Positions 1 through 10,466 are shown, counted from the first letter of the stretch. The stretch: 64,000 nt of DNA from Longimicrobiales bacterium (GCA_965219445.1 CBDCNQ010000002.1:64001-128000), one strand, 5' to 3'. The notes: generated from the letters alone by a model not told the origin. A program made the numbers and translations.

Positions 1-6
1 GCACTG

Positions 7-1389
7 TTGAGCGCTGACGGGGATCTGCGGCTCAACAGCGACGCCGAGCACAAGGATGCGTTCGTGTCCGCCCGATATCAGGGTGAGGGGGGCGGCTGGA
101 TGTCGCTCACCTCCACAGGATTCGACGTGGAGCGTGGCGTACCACCTGAGATCCATGAGGTAGACCCGAGGCTTTGGCGATATCCGGATCAGAAGCGTGT
201 AATTACTGCGTTTTCCGCCGGCACCGGCTCCAAGGAGACGGGGTGGGGAATGGGCGGTCTCGAAGCGAGCCTGGGCCTCGATTTCGGCTCATTCCAGATA
301 GAGCGGTTCGATACGCCCACATACGGGAGCGTGATCGAGGAGGAGAAGGGGGAGGACAGGACGGCCACGCTACGGGTGCTCGGTGAGCACAGCATCGGAG
401 AGAGGCGTGATCTACGGGCGGCGCTGACGTATGGAGACATCTCCCACACTGAGCGAGTGACGGGCTCCGGGGGGCGAGACTTTCGGCAGCGCCTGTGGAG
501 CCTCGGGACCGAGGTGGAGTGGCGGTTCGATGATCTCCCGGGTTGGGAGAGCCTAGGGGCAACGCGCCTCAACGTGGGCTTATCGGCCGACGGAGCGGAC
601 ACGCCGGAGTCGGGGGGTTACGCCCCAGTCGGGCGGATGGACGACTGGGGTGCACGTCTCGGTTTGTCGTCACTCACCGGTGGCGGCTCTCTGCTGCTCC
701 ACGGGGGGATCAGCCGTCGCGCACGGTTCCCCTCCCTCAGAGAGTTGTACTCGGACGCACTGGGGCGCTTCCTTCCGAATCCGGATCTGGTGCCAGAAGT
801 TCTTACGGGCCTGGAGCTTGGGCTGACTTGGGACCTGGAGGGGGTCGACATCCAGGTGGTGGGCTTCCGGCAGGCCCTGTCAAACAGCATCGTGCGGATC
901 GGCGTGCTAACGCCACAGGGGCCCAAGCGCCAGCGGGTAAACCGTGATCGTATTCGGAGTACCGGTCTGGAAATGGTCGCGTCGGGAGGGTGGGGGGCTG
1001 TCCAGTACAGTGGCGATCTCACACTCCAACAGGCCTGGCAGATTGAAGATGGGAGCGGCGATCGTACCCGGCCCGAATACGAGCCCAGCGTAGTGGGGGG
1101 CCTCGATGTGGCCACGCACCTTCCGGCGGAATTCAGGGTGTCCGGCGGATACCGGTTTGTGGGCAGGCAGTATTGCCTGAACGTCGACTCGGCCTCGATG
1201 GACCGCCTGACGCGAACACACCGCTTCGATCTTCGGCTCCGGAGACTTTTCGCGTTCGAGGGGAGGTCCGCTCTCGCGAACGCGGATGCCATCGTCTCGG
1301 TTAGCAACCTGACCGACAACGCGATCTTCGATCAGTGCGGCCTCCCGCAGCCAGGCCGGACGTTCGGGATCCAGCTTCGGCTCTTCTGA
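7..1389 (+). CDS. TonB-dependent outer membrane receptor, C-terminal part (5' truncated by window edge)
   Basis: Beta-barrel pattern; motifs RFPSLRELY, NPDLVPE, NLTD and PGRTFGIQLRLF; terminal Phe. Confidence 0.85.
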   Translation: MSADGDLRLNSDAEHKDAFVSARYQGEGGGWMSLTSTGFDVERGVPPEIHEVDPRLWRYPDQKRVITAFSAGTGSKETGWGMGGLEASLGLDFGSFQIERFDTPTYGSVIEEEKGEDRTATLRVLGEHSIGERRDLRAALTYGDISHTERVTGSGGRDFRQRLWSLGTEVEWRFDDLPGWESLGATRLNVGLSADGADTPESGGYAPVGRMDDWGARLGLSSLTGGGSLLLHGGISRRARFPSLRELYSDALGRFLPNPDLVPEVLTGLELGLTWDLEGVDIQVVGFRQALSNSIVRIGVLTPQGPKRQRVNRDRIRSTGLEMVASGGWGAVQYSGDLTLQQAWQIEDGSGDRTRPEYEPSVVGGLDVATHLPAEFRVSGGYRFVGRQYCLNVDSASMDRLTRTHRFDLRLRRLFAFEGRSALANADAIVSVSNLTDNAIFDQCGLPQPGRTFGIQLRLF

Positions 1390-1417
1390 CCCGGCAGGCT
1401 GGACGCTACTTTCTCTA

Positions 1418-1720
1418 GAAGGCTGTTGAAGGAGTACAGCGGGTCGCGCACAGGGCGCTTGTGCGCGTTCAGACAAGGAACGACGACGAGGCGTAGCAAC
1501 GCTACGGCGAGGAGGAGAGACGCAGGATCAACCGCACAACCGCCCTGTGCCCACGACCATCTTGGGCATGACCTTACACGCTGCAGGGTTGCGGTGGCAC
1601 GGCCTCATCTCCGTTGTTGGAGCTCCTAGCCATAGCTACGGCTATGGCGTCGTCGCTCCGCCTAGGAGCTAAGACCGTGGCATCCGCAACGCGGCCCGCT
1701 GTACTCCTTCAACAGCCTTC
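1418..1720. mobile_element. MITE-like structured element, copy 1 (303 bp)
   Basis: Terminal inverted repeat gaaggctgttgaaggagtacagcggg(t/c)cgcg, 30/31 match; second copy at 24761-25062; no transposase. Confidence 0.8.
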
Positions 1721-1809
1721 AAGGGCTGCACCCCTCTACAGCGCCGGCTTGGCCAGGACGTTGAGCACAGGTGTCGGGCAGAGACGTCGAGCGAAGACGT
1801 CGGGCAGAG

Positions 1810-2793
1810 ATGAGCATGATTCGAGTCACATTCCTCGGCACCGCTGCTGCGCGCCCTACCGTTCGTCGCAACGTGAGTGCGATCGCCCTTCAGCGGGAGG
1901 GAGACTCCTTCCTCCTCGATTGTGGAGAGGGAACGCAACGGCAGATGATGCGTTACGGCACTGGCTTCGCTGTCCAGGACGTATTCGTGACTCATCTCCA
2001 CGCCGATCACTTCCTCGGTATCACGGGTCTTCTGAGGACCATGGCGCTTCAGGGTCGAATCGACCCGCTGCGCATCTTCGGACCTACCTCGTCCCGGGTC
2101 ACACTCGAACAAGCGGTGAGCCTGGGCGTGGACCGCGTGCCTTTCCCACTCGAGATCGACGAACTCAGCGCGAGTTCGCGCGTGGAGTACGACGAGTACG
2201 ACGTAGTCGCTTTCCCGGTGGATCACCGTACCTCGGCGTTGGGGTACGCCTTCGTTGAGCACGAGCGGCTCGGCCGCTTCGATGTTGAGCGCGCTCGCGC
2301 CCTGGGAGTACCCGAGGGAGAGCTCTTCGGAAAGTTGCATGTGGGAGAGGCCGTCGAGGTCGATGGGCGGCGAATCGAGCCTGCTGATGTCGTGGGACCA
2401 CCCCGTCCGGGGCGTGTGGTGGTCTATGCGGGCGACACCCGCCCGTGCGAAGCGACGACCGAGGTTGCAAAAGACGCTTCCTTGCTGATCCACGAGGCCA
2501 CCTTCGGGAACGAGGAGGCCGACCGAGCCGAGCAGACGTATCACAGTACCGCTTGGGGCGCTGCCGCCCTGGCGGCAGAGGCTGGCGTCCGCCGGCTCTG
2601 TCTGACGCACATCTCGGCGCGATATTCCGACGACCCCTCGGTGCTCGAAGCAGAAGCGCGGGAGGCGTTTCCCGGCGCAGTCATCGCCCGTGACGGCCTC
2701 AGCGTAGAAATTCCGCACAACGACGGGGCCGCCGGGGGTGACGGTGATGCCGATACCGAGATCGAGCCAAGTGAAAAGGCGGGGAAGCTGTGA
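1810..2793 (+). CDS. rnz: Ribonuclease Z
   Basis: [26 protein letters not shown] metallo-beta-lactamase motif, GDTRP, HEATF, THISARY. Confidence 0.95.
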   Translation: MSMIRVTFLGTAAARPTVRRNVSAIALQREGDSFLLDCGEGTQRQMMRYGTGFAVQDVFVTHLHADHFLGITGLLRTMALQGRIDPLRIFGPTSSRVTLEQAVSLGVDRVPFPLEIDELSASSRVEYDEYDVVAFPVDHRTSALGYAFVEHERLGRFDVERARALGVPEGELFGKLHVGEAVEVDGRRIEPADVVGPPRPGRVVVYAGDTRPCEATTEVAKDASLLIHEATFGNEEADRAEQTYHSTAWGAAALAAEAGVRRLCLTHISARYSDDPSVLEAEAREAFPGAVIARDGLSVEIPHNDGAAGGDGDADTEIEPSEKAGKL

Positions 2794-3635
2794 GCGGGGA
2801 GTTCACCTTCGAGCGCGTGGGGATCGTGGGTCTGGGTCTTATCGGAGGATCGCTCGCGCGGGCGCTACACCTACTAGATAATGGGCCGCGGATCGTCGCG
2901 TTCAACCGGAATCGGAACGATGCCGAGCGGGCTTTGGCGGACGGCGTGATCGATGCCGTGGCCGATACCCGCAGGGAGGCCGTCGAGGGGCAGGATCTGG
3001 TGGTCTACGCGACGCCGCTGGATGTGGTTCGAGAGATGATGAGGGCCGATTCCGCAGGGTGGGGGGATGCGACCGTCACCGATGTGGCGGGCCTCAAGGG
3101 GCCGCTAATGAGGGAGGCCGGTAAACTCGGTTTCGCCGCGCAATTCGTCGGGAGTCATCCGATGGCCGGTGGAACCGCCTCGGGATACGAGGTTTCATCG
3201 GCCCATCTCTTCTCAGGCGAAACCGTGTTCGTTTGTGGCGGAGAGGCCGGGAGTGAGCGGATCGGAGCCGTGGAGTCGATGTGGCAGGCTTTGGGCGTGA
3301 GGGTGCGGACCATCGACGCGGACGCCCACGACCGGCTCATGGTGTGGGCGAGTCACCTTCCGCAGCTGATATCCAACGTGGTGGCACGGGCGATGTCTGA
3401 GGCGGGGCTCACCATGAGCGATCTCGGCCCTGGGGGCAGGGACTTGACCCGCCTGGCGGAGAGCTCGCCGGAGATGTGGACAGGCCTTTTCAACGAAGCG
3501 AGTGAGGACAACCTGTTGGCGATCGATAGTGTCCAGGCTGGTCTGGCTGCCGTACGGGCGGCGTTGTCCGAGAGATCGATCGAAGCGTTGGCCGAGTTGA
3601 TGCGCGCTACGCAGGAGTGGAGGAGGGAACGGTGA
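2790..3635 (+). CDS. tyrA: Prephenate dehydrogenase
   Basis: [11 protein letters not shown]ossmann motif, GSHPMAG, HD..SHLP; upstream of aroA. Confidence 0.9.
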   Translation: MSGEFTFERVGIVGLGLIGGSLARALHLLDNGPRIVAFNRNRNDAERALADGVIDAVADTRREAVEGQDLVVYATPLDVVREMMRADSAGWGDATVTDVAGLKGPLMREAGKLGFAAQFVGSHPMAGGTASGYEVSSAHLFSGETVFVCGGEAGSERIGAVESMWQALGVRVRTIDADAHDRLMVWASHLPQLISNVVARAMSEAGLTMSDLGPGGRDLTRLAESSPEMWTGLFNEASEDNLLAIDSVQAGLAAVRAALSERSIEALAELMRATQEWRRER

Positions 3636-4918
3636 GGCAAATTCGGGTGCCGGGGGACAAGTCGGTCACCCAACGGGCCCTCATCTTCGCCTCACTCTGC
3701 TCGGGAGAAAGCCGGCTGCGGAGTCTACTGTCGGGTGAGGATCCCCAAGCGACAGCACAGGCCCTTCGTGCATTGGGCGCAGACATCCCTCCGCTCGTCG
3801 GAGATGGAGCCGACGTGCGGATTCAAGGCGTGGGTCTTCGTGGCCTGCAGGAGCCGCCCGACGTTCTGGATTTCGAGAATAGCGGCACGGGCGCTCGGCT
3901 CATGCTGGGTGTCTTGGCCGGTCAGCCGATGACGGTGACCGTGACCGGAGACGCGTCCTTGCGGAGTCGTCCCATGAGGCGAGTAACCACGCCGCTGTCC
4001 ATGATGGGCGCGGTGTTTCGTGAGATGGAGGAGCCCGATCGGCTCCCTCTCGAGGTGACCGGCGGCGTGCTCGATGCGATCGACTACGACTCCCCGGTGG
4101 CGAGCGCACAGGTGAAGAGTGCGCTGTTGTTGGCGGGCCTGGTGAGCGGCGCCTTCGTCTTCGTGTCGGAGCCCCATCGCTCACGAGATCACACGGAGCG
4201 GATGCTGAGCATGTGCGGTGTTCCGGTCATCTCTCATGACATGGGCGGCGTCTGGAGGGTAGAGTTGAGAGACCCTCCCGAGCAGATCACTCCTCTCGAC
4301 CTCGAGGTTCCGGGCGACTTTTCCTCTTCGGCGTTCTTCCTCGCTTTGGCAATCCTGGGGGGGGTCGAGGGCGGAATCGAGATCGACCACGTGGGCATGA
4401 ATCCAACCCGCCGCGGACTTCTGAATGTACTGGACCGCATGGGTGCGAACGTGGGTGCCGATCCCTTCGACGAGGATAGCGGGGAGCCCGTGAGTTCGCT
4501 TCGTGCGCTGCCCTCGACGTTGGTAGGCACGAGCGTTGAGGGGGGTGAGGTGCCCGCCATGATCGATGAGTTTCCCGTCCTCGCGATCCTGGCGGCACGG
4601 GCCGAGGGAGTGACCCGCATTACCGGGGCAGCCGAACTAAGGCTCAAGGAATCCGATCGGATCCACGTTATCGCCGAAAATCTACGAGCCGTGGGCGTGC
4701 AGGCCGAGGAGCTGAGTGACGGCCTCGAAATCGAGGGAGGCGATCACCCCCTCGTGGGCCGTGTGTCGAGCCATCACGACCATCGGATCGCCATGGCGTT
4801 CGGCGTGCTCGGAGCCCTTGCGGGTAATCAAATCGAGATCGACGGTGCGGACGTGGCGGACGTGAGCTTCCCGAACTTCTGGGGCTTGCTCGAAGACCTG
4901 ACCATGGCGCGCACCTGA
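3632..4918 (+). CDS. aroA: 3-phosphoshikimate 1-carboxyvinyltransferase
   Basis: PGDKS, NSGT, RPMRRV, SAQVKS, RDHTE, ELRLKESDR, DHRIAM. Confidence 0.97.
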   Translation: MRQIRVPGDKSVTQRALIFASLCSGESRLRSLLSGEDPQATAQALRALGADIPPLVGDGADVRIQGVGLRGLQEPPDVLDFENSGTGARLMLGVLAGQPMTVTVTGDASLRSRPMRRVTTPLSMMGAVFREMEEPDRLPLEVTGGVLDAIDYDSPVASAQVKSALLLAGLVSGAFVFVSEPHRSRDHTERMLSMCGVPVISHDMGGVWRVELRDPPEQITPLDLEVPGDFSSSAFFLALAILGGVEGGIEIDHVGMNPTRRGLLNVLDRMGANVGADPFDEDSGEPVSSLRALPSTLVGTSVEGGEVPAMIDEFPVLAILAARAEGVTRITGAAELRLKESDRIHVIAENLRAVGVQAEELSDGLEIEGGDHPLVGRVSSHHDHRIAMAFGVLGALAGNQIEIDGADVADVSFPNFWGLLEDLTMART

Positions 4919-4931
4919 GCGTGGGGCGCCT

Positions 4932-5627
4932 GTGACCGCCGAACCCGCCCGCCGCCCCGTGATCACGCTCGACGGCCCGGCCGGATCCGGGAAGACAAGC
5001 ACGGCGCAGGCGGTGGCCAAACGGTTGGGCTTTCGGCACCTCGATTCGGGGGCACTCTACCGGGCGGTGACCTTCGCGCTTCTCCAGGAGGGTGTGCCGG
5101 AGGAAGTGTGGGGGACTCTCCAGGCGGAGCAGTTGGATGAACTCAACATCGAGGTCGAAGCAGAGGGCGACGGTGTGAATATCTACGTCGATGGGGTGCT
5201 TCTCACCTCGCAGCTCCGTGGTTCTGAGGTGACCGGGCGCGTGTCGGCGGTGGCCCGCCTGCCTACGGTCCGTGATTGGCTTCTCGGGCTGCAGCGGAGT
5301 GTAGGTGCTCACGGGAACCTGGTGGCCGATGGGAGAGATATGGGCACCGTCGTTTTCCCCGACGCGGACGTGAAAATTTTCCTGGTTGCTGGGCTGGAGG
5401 AGCGCGCCCGGCGCCGGCTCTTCCAAGACAGCGGACAGGAACCGACCTCGCGCGAGATCCAGGAAGAGGCTCGCCGCATCGAAGAGCGGGATCAGGCCGA
5501 TCAGAGCCGAAGTCACTCGCCTCTGAGACGGCCGGAGGACGCCGTGGAGGTGGACACCACGGGGCTACCATTCGATGATCAGGTAGGCCTCATTTTGAGG
5601 CGGGTAAAAGACTTGACTGCCCTTTAG
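4932..5627 (+). CDS. cmk: Cytidylate kinase
   Basis: DGPAGSGKTS, LDSGALYR, DGRDMGTVVFPDA. Confidence 0.96.
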   Translation: MTAEPARRPVITLDGPAGSGKTSTAQAVAKRLGFRHLDSGALYRAVTFALLQEGVPEEVWGTLQAEQLDELNIEVEAEGDGVNIYVDGVLLTSQLRGSEVTGRVSAVARLPTVRDWLLGLQRSVGAHGNLVADGRDMGTVVFPDADVKIFLVAGLEERARRRLFQDSGQEPTSREIQEEARRIEERDQADQSRSHSPLRRPEDAVEVDTTGLPFDDQVGLILRRVKDLTAL

Positions 5628-5642
5628 GCGCAAGTATAGCTT
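5613..5642 (+). promoter_or_regulatory. Putative sigma70 promoter for rpsA
   Basis: TTGACT (5613-5618), 18 nt spacer, TAGCTT (5637-5642). Confidence 0.4.
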
Positions 5643-5762
5643 CAGCACGCTAGGCCCTCGGCGCCGGGGCCTGCTTTTCATGTATCCCTCAACCCGGACC
5701 GGGGCGCTGCTGTGGTGTCCGGCAAAAAATAGGCACGGGCGTAGATCCGCCAGTGATGAGCC

Positions 5763-8492
5763 ATGACGAAAGACCCTGACCCCCAGTCCCCGGACCCCAC
5801 CTCCGAAGCAGAAGCCCCCTCACAAGACACCAGCGGTGACTCGGCACCCGTAGCCGTGGCCGTGGCCGAGGCGGAGAAGGGACCGGATGGTATCTCCCCC
5901 GAGTTGCTTGCGGATCCATATGGCGAGGAGATTCTCGACATCTCCGCAGCGGACTTCGAGGCCCTGCTCTCCGATCACGCCGATGTGATGGGCGACTTCC
6001 GGGAAGGGGAGATCGTACACGCGAAGGTGCTCAGGGTGACTGAGAGCATGGTCATCCTGGAATTCGGCTTCAAGAGCGAGGGGGCGGTCCCGCTCGACGA
6101 GTTCAAGGACCGCGACTCGATCGAGCCGGGCCAGGAGGTGGAGGTTCTTCTCGAAAGCCTCGAGGACGATGACGGAATCGTCGTTCTTTCAAAGAAGAAA
6201 GCCGACTTCCTGCGTGTTTGGGAGAAGATCCGGGAGGCTCATGAGGCCGATGAGCCGGTCGAAGGGATGCTGGCTCGGAAGATCAAGGGTGGTGTCACGG
6301 TAGACATAATGGGTGTTGACGCGTTTCTGCCCGGCTCGCAGATCGCGCTGCGTAGGGTCCCGAACATCGATGACCTCCTCGGACAGACGTTCGAATTCAA
6401 GATCATCAAGCTCAACAAGCGTCGCCGGAACATCGTGGTTTCTCGCCGCGTCATCCTGGAAGGAGAGCGCGAGAAGAAGCGCGAGACCCTGGTCATGGAG
6501 CTTTTGGTCGGCCAGATCCGGGAAGGTATCGTCAAGAACATCACCGATTTCGGCGCGTTTATCGATTTGGGTGGACTCGACGGTCTGCTCCACATCACCG
6601 ACATGTCATGGGGGCGCGTAGGACATCCGTCCAAGGTCGTCGATATCGGCGCCAAGCTCGACGTAAAGGTCCTCGACATCGATTGGGACCGAGAGCGTAT
6701 TTCATTGGGTCTAAAGCAGCTTCTGCCCTACCCGTGGACCGACATCGACAAGAAGTACCCGGTCGGCTCTCGAGTGCGCGGAAAAGTCGTATCGATCACG
6801 AACTACGGAGCCTTCATCGAGCTCGAGAAGGGTGTCGAGGGCCTCGTTCATATCTCCGAGATGTCGTGGACACGTAACATTCGACATCCGTCCAAGCTCG
6901 TGAACATCGGCGACGAGATCGAGGCTGTGGTTTTGAAGGTTGATATGCAGGACGAAAAAATCTCTCTGGGAACGAAGCAGATCGAAGAGGATCCCTGGCT
7001 TGCACTGCCGGCCAAATACCCGACGGGTACGCAGTTGGACGGAGTCGTCCGGAACCTGACGTCCTTCGGTGCGTTTGTCGAAATCGAGTCCGGGATCGAC
7101 GGCCTCGTGCACGTATCCGATTTGAGCTGGACCCGGCGGGTCGAGCATCCTTCGGAAATCATCCAGAAGGGTGACGAGGTCCAGGTGTTGGTGCTGGACG
7201 TCAATGCAGAGGCGAAGCGGATCTCCCTCGGGATCAAACAGCTTACCGACGATCCGTGGCCCGAGATTTCCGAGCGGTTTTCCGCGGGTGTCGAGCCCGC
7301 CGGTTCGGTCGTTCGAGTGCAGGAAAAGGGTGTGGTCGTCGACCTCGGCGACGACATCGAGGGTTTCGTCCCGACGTCCCACTCCGGAGTCGAAGACGGG
7401 GATAAGCTTCCCGAGTATTTCCGGCCTGGAGAGGCACTAGAGCTCAAAGTGATCGAGTCCGACGCCGCGAACCGCAGAATCGTGCTCGAGGTCGGGACGC
7501 TTCCGGAGCGTATGGATGTGCCGGAGCCTCCGCCGGAAGAAGAGTCTGAGGAGGAGTCCAAAGCGTACGGTGACGAAGCCCCACCCGATGTGTCAGCGGA
7601 CGAGCCGTTAGGGGACGCCGGGGACGCCACGGTGGACGAGGACGCGGACGAGGATACGGGCGAGGATACGGCTGAGGATACGGCTGAGGATACGGCTGAG
7701 GCGGATGAAAGTGGGGTTGCGGAAGCGGCCGCCGGCGAAGATGAAGCCGATGCTGGCGACGACGAGGCCGAACCCGTTGAAGCAGCAGCCGATGCCGGTG
7801 GGGAAGACGCTGCCGCCGATGAAGGTGACGCCGACGCCGATGAGGCTGAGGCCAAGGAAGATGAAAGTGGGGTTGCGGAAGCGGCCGCCGGCGAAGATGA
7901 AGCCGATGCTGGCGACGACGAGGCCGAACCCGTTGAAGCAGCAGCCGATGCCGGTGGGGAAGACGCTGCCGCCGATGAAGGTGACGCCGACGCCGATGAG
8001 GCTGAGGCCAAGGAAGATGAAAGTGGGGTTGCGGAAGCGGCCGCCGGCGAAGATGAAGCCGATGCTGGCGACGACGAGGCCGAACCCGTTGAAGCAGCAG
8101 CCGATGCCGGTGGGGAAGACGCTGCCGCCGATGAAGGTGACGCCGACGCCGATGAGGCTGAGGCCAAGGAAGATGAAAGTGGGGTTGCGGAAGCGGCCGC
8201 CGGCGAAGATGAAGCCGATGCTGGCGACGACGAGGCCGAACCCGTTGAAGCAGCAGCCGATGCCGGTGGGGAAGACGCTGCCGCCGATGAAGGTGACGCC
8301 GACGCCGATGAGGCTGAGGCCAAGGAAGATGAAAGTGGGGTTGCGGAAGCGGCCGCCGGCGAAGATGAAGCCGATGCTGGCGACGACGAGGCCGAACCCG
8401 TTGAAGCAGCAGCCGATGCCGGTGGGGAAGACGCTGCCGCCGATGAAGGTGACGCCGACGCCGATGAGGCTGAGGCCAAGGAAGAGGCCTAG
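5763..8492 (+). CDS. rpsA: 30S ribosomal protein bS1 with very long acidic repetitive C-terminal tail
   Basis: Six S1 domains (AFLPGSQI, DFGAFIDLGGLDGLLHITDMSW, EGLVHISEMSW); follows cmk; ~330 aa D/E/A-rich tail. Confidence 0.96.
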   Translation: MTKDPDPQSPDPTSEAEAPSQDTSGDSAPVAVAVAEAEKGPDGISPELLADPYGEEILDISAADFEALLSDHADVMGDFREGEIVHAKVLRVTESMVILEFGFKSEGAVPLDEFKDRDSIEPGQEVEVLLESLEDDDGIVVLSKKKADFLRVWEKIREAHEADEPVEGMLARKIKGGVTVDIMGVDAFLPGSQIALRRVPNIDDLLGQTFEFKIIKLNKRRRNIVVSRRVILEGEREKKRETLVMELLVGQIREGIVKNITDFGAFIDLGGLDGLLHITDMSWGRVGHPSKVVDIGAKLDVKVLDIDWDRERISLGLKQLLPYPWTDIDKKYPVGSRVRGKVVSITNYGAFIELEKGVEGLVHISEMSWTRNIRHPSKLVNIGDEIEAVVLKVDMQDEKISLGTKQIEEDPWLALPAKYPTGTQLDGVVRNLTSFGAFVEIESGIDGLVHVSDLSWTRRVEHPSEIIQKGDEVQVLVLDVNAEAKRISLGIKQLTDDPWPEISERFSAGVEPAGSVVRVQEKGVVVDLGDDIEGFVPTSHSGVEDGDKLPEYFRPGEALELKVIESDAANRRIVLEVGTLPERMDVPEPPPEEESEEESKAYGDEAPPDVSADEPLGDAGDATVDEDADEDTGEDTAEDTAEDTAEADESGVAEAAAGEDEADAGDDEAEPVEAAADAGGEDAAADEGDADADEAEAKEDESGVAEAAAGEDEADAGDDEAEPVEAAADAGGEDAAADEGDADADEAEAKEDESGVAEAAAGEDEADAGDDEAEPVEAAADAGGEDAAADEGDADADEAEAKEDESGVAEAAAGEDEADAGDDEAEPVEAAADAGGEDAAADEGDADADEAEAKEDESGVAEAAAGEDEADAGDDEAEPVEAAADAGGEDAAADEGDADADEAEAKEEA
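7650..7700 (+). repeat. 12-bp tandem repeat (gaggatacggct, ~4 copies) within rpsA
   Basis: Read directly; encodes EDTG EDTA EDTA EDTA. Confidence 0.9.
7704..8483 (+). repeat. Five identical 156-bp tandem repeats within the rpsA tail
   Basis: Units start at 7704, 7860, 8016, 8172 and 8328; each encodes the same 52-aa peptide. Confidence 0.97.
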
Positions 8493-8505
8493 GGCGAAGC
8501 TTTCA

Positions 8506-10416
8506 ATGCTTAACTTGTTCTCGAAAGCCCGGACGCCAGTTGCGCCCGGGCTTTCGATTGCCGCCGTGCTCGCCATCTTCGGATGCACTACAGTGGGCGC
8601 ACCGACGGCCGAGGCCGATCGAGCGGAGCCGGCGATCGAGGCGGGAGCACCTGCCGTGGCCAGGAATACGGAAGTCGATTCGCTTCTTGCTCTGGCGCAG
8701 GCCGCCCTCGATCAGGAGGCTTTTCAGCTTGCCGAAGCAGTCTCTCTCGAGATCGAGGCCGAGTACCCGGCTGCCCCGCAGAGTGTGTCTGCCCTGTGGA
8801 TTCGTGCTCGCGCTGCCAAGGCCAACGGCAATGTGGAGGGGTCGTTGGAGGCCGCGCGGAGGTTCCGGACGTCTCTCCCCGACGGAGACGAGCGAATCGC
8901 GGAAGTAACCCTCTTGGAGGGCGACGCGCTCCAGGCGTTGGGCAGAACCGCCGAAGCGGTGGCGGCCTGGTTGCCCGCTCCGGGCGAGCCCGTTTCCGAT
9001 GAGGCTCTTGTGCGTGTGGAGGATCACGTAGAAGTGCTCACGCAGAGCGAGCTTCGTAGGCTGGTCGCGTCGGAAGAAGGTTTGGTTGCCCCGGTCCTGG
9101 CTGAATTCGCTTTCCGGCAATACACCCTGGGCGCGGATGCCTCCGCCGAATTTTATGCGACCCGTGCGGTGGATGCCGGGGCCACCGGCAGGGCACAGCT
9201 CTTGGCCGAAGCCGTTCTGGCCGGTGACCTGAGCGAGTTTCTGGTCGCTCCGCGCATCGGGGCGATTCTCCCCACGAGCGGATCGCCACGGTTGAGGCAG
9301 TTCGCGACCGGAATCCAGGAGGGGATACAAGTCGCCTTTCAGATGTTCGGCCGGCCGGTGGGAAATCGGACGGCGGCCGAGCTGGTCGTCCAGGACAGCG
9401 GCGGCGATATCGTCGGCGCGAGCATCGCCTTTTCGGCGATAGAAGCGTCGGAGGTGCTCGCGGTCATCGGACCCCTTCAGGACGGTGCTTTATCGGAGAT
9501 CGCCGCTCGAGTGCAGGGGACACTTGCTGTGATCTCGCCGACATCTCCCGTCGTCCCCGATGGTTCCACCGGGGTGTATTCACTCAGCAGTGCGGACCCT
9601 GGCGGTGCACGCGCGTTGGCGCGCTATGCGATTTCCAGCGATCTGTACACGGCCGTTGTGGTGTATCCCGAAGGTGCCGACGGCATGTACGAAGCGCGGG
9701 CGTTTTCCGAGGCTTTCCACTCCTATGGGGGCCTGATGCTGGGTGAGATCAGCTACCCCACAGGGGCGACATTTTTCGAAGATCAGCTTCGGCAGGCCGA
9801 AGCTCTACTTCCGGATGTGCTTGTTCTGCCGCTTCCCGCGAGGGACGTGGAGTTGATGGCGCCCCAGGTGACCTTCTTTGGGCTGGATTCTTTGGAAATC
9901 CGCGTACTGGGCACCACTGGGTGGAGCGACGAGGCGATGCTGTCCAGAGTGGACACCCGGCACACCAACGGGGTGGTGACGGCGTCTCCCCAGCCCGCCG
10001 AGGGGGAGTGGGAGGGATACCAGCGTTTCGTCGAGGCCTATGAAGCGTTTTATCAACGCACCCTTCCCGACCTGGTTCCAGCTTTGGGTTTTGACGCGGC
10101 CGGGCTGCTTCTCGAGGGTATCCGGAGGGGGGCCTCTACACCGGATGATTTGCTCGATACACTCGAGGCCATGCCGGGCTTCTTAGGCGCGACGGGCCGG
10201 TTGTTCGTCGATGAGGGAAGGGTAGTACGGGACCACTTCGTCGGTTGCCTCCAGGATCGGCAGGTTCTCAACGTGGCCGACGGGGCGCGAGCGGATCCCA
10301 TCCTGACGCCGCCCCTACGGGACCCGGAAACAGATTCGATTCCCGAGGGAGCACTCGACCGCATCGTGGGGTTCCGTTGTCCGATGCTGGTCCCCTCCGT
10401 GCCTGTCAGCCGGTAG
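8506..10416 (+). CDS. Lipoprotein, LpoA/LppC-like (TPR-like helical region plus type 1 periplasmic binding fold)
   Basis: Signal peptide with lipobox IFGC; IGAILPTSG, VIGPL, ALGFDAAGLL, FLGATG. Confidence 0.75.
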   Translation: MLNLFSKARTPVAPGLSIAAVLAIFGCTTVGAPTAEADRAEPAIEAGAPAVARNTEVDSLLALAQAALDQEAFQLAEAVSLEIEAEYPAAPQSVSALWIRARAAKANGNVEGSLEAARRFRTSLPDGDERIAEVTLLEGDALQALGRTAEAVAAWLPAPGEPVSDEALVRVEDHVEVLTQSELRRLVASEEGLVAPVLAEFAFRQYTLGADASAEFYATRAVDAGATGRAQLLAEAVLAGDLSEFLVAPRIGAILPTSGSPRLRQFATGIQEGIQVAFQMFGRPVGNRTAAELVVQDSGGDIVGASIAFSAIEASEVLAVIGPLQDGALSEIAARVQGTLAVISPTSPVVPDGSTGVYSLSSADPGGARALARYAISSDLYTAVVVYPEGADGMYEARAFSEAFHSYGGLMLGEISYPTGATFFEDQLRQAEALLPDVLVLPLPARDVELMAPQVTFFGLDSLEIRVLGTTGWSDEAMLSRVDTRHTNGVVTASPQPAEGEWEGYQRFVEAYEAFYQRTLPDLVPALGFDAAGLLLEGIRRGASTPDDLLDTLEAMPGFLGATGRLFVDEGRVVRDHFVGCLQDRQVLNVADGARADPILTPPLRDPETDSIPEGALDRIVGFRCPMLVPSVPVSR

Positions 10417-10466
10417 TGTGGTGTCCCAGAAGTAGACGTTGATCCTCTGACGCCGGGGGTCGGCGC

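Noticed and set aside
1426..1629. Small ORFs inside the MITE copies (67 aa and 66 aa)
   Set aside because: They share a frame but differ in start and end, have no recognisable domain, and substitutions fit base pairing better than coding
7704..8483. CRISPR-like array
   Set aside because: Units are contiguous and identical with no spacers, in frame inside a CDS; no cas genes
7705..8505. 903-aa ORF fusing a basic K/P/M-rich repeat to the lipoprotein
   Set aside because: It is the +1 frame of the rpsA repeat, stop-free only because one unit is. The lipoprotein signal must be N-terminal, so the start is placed at 8506.
6848..8588. Long minus-strand Ser/Ala-rich and hydrophobic repeat ORFs
   Set aside because: Antisense shadows of the rpsA repeat
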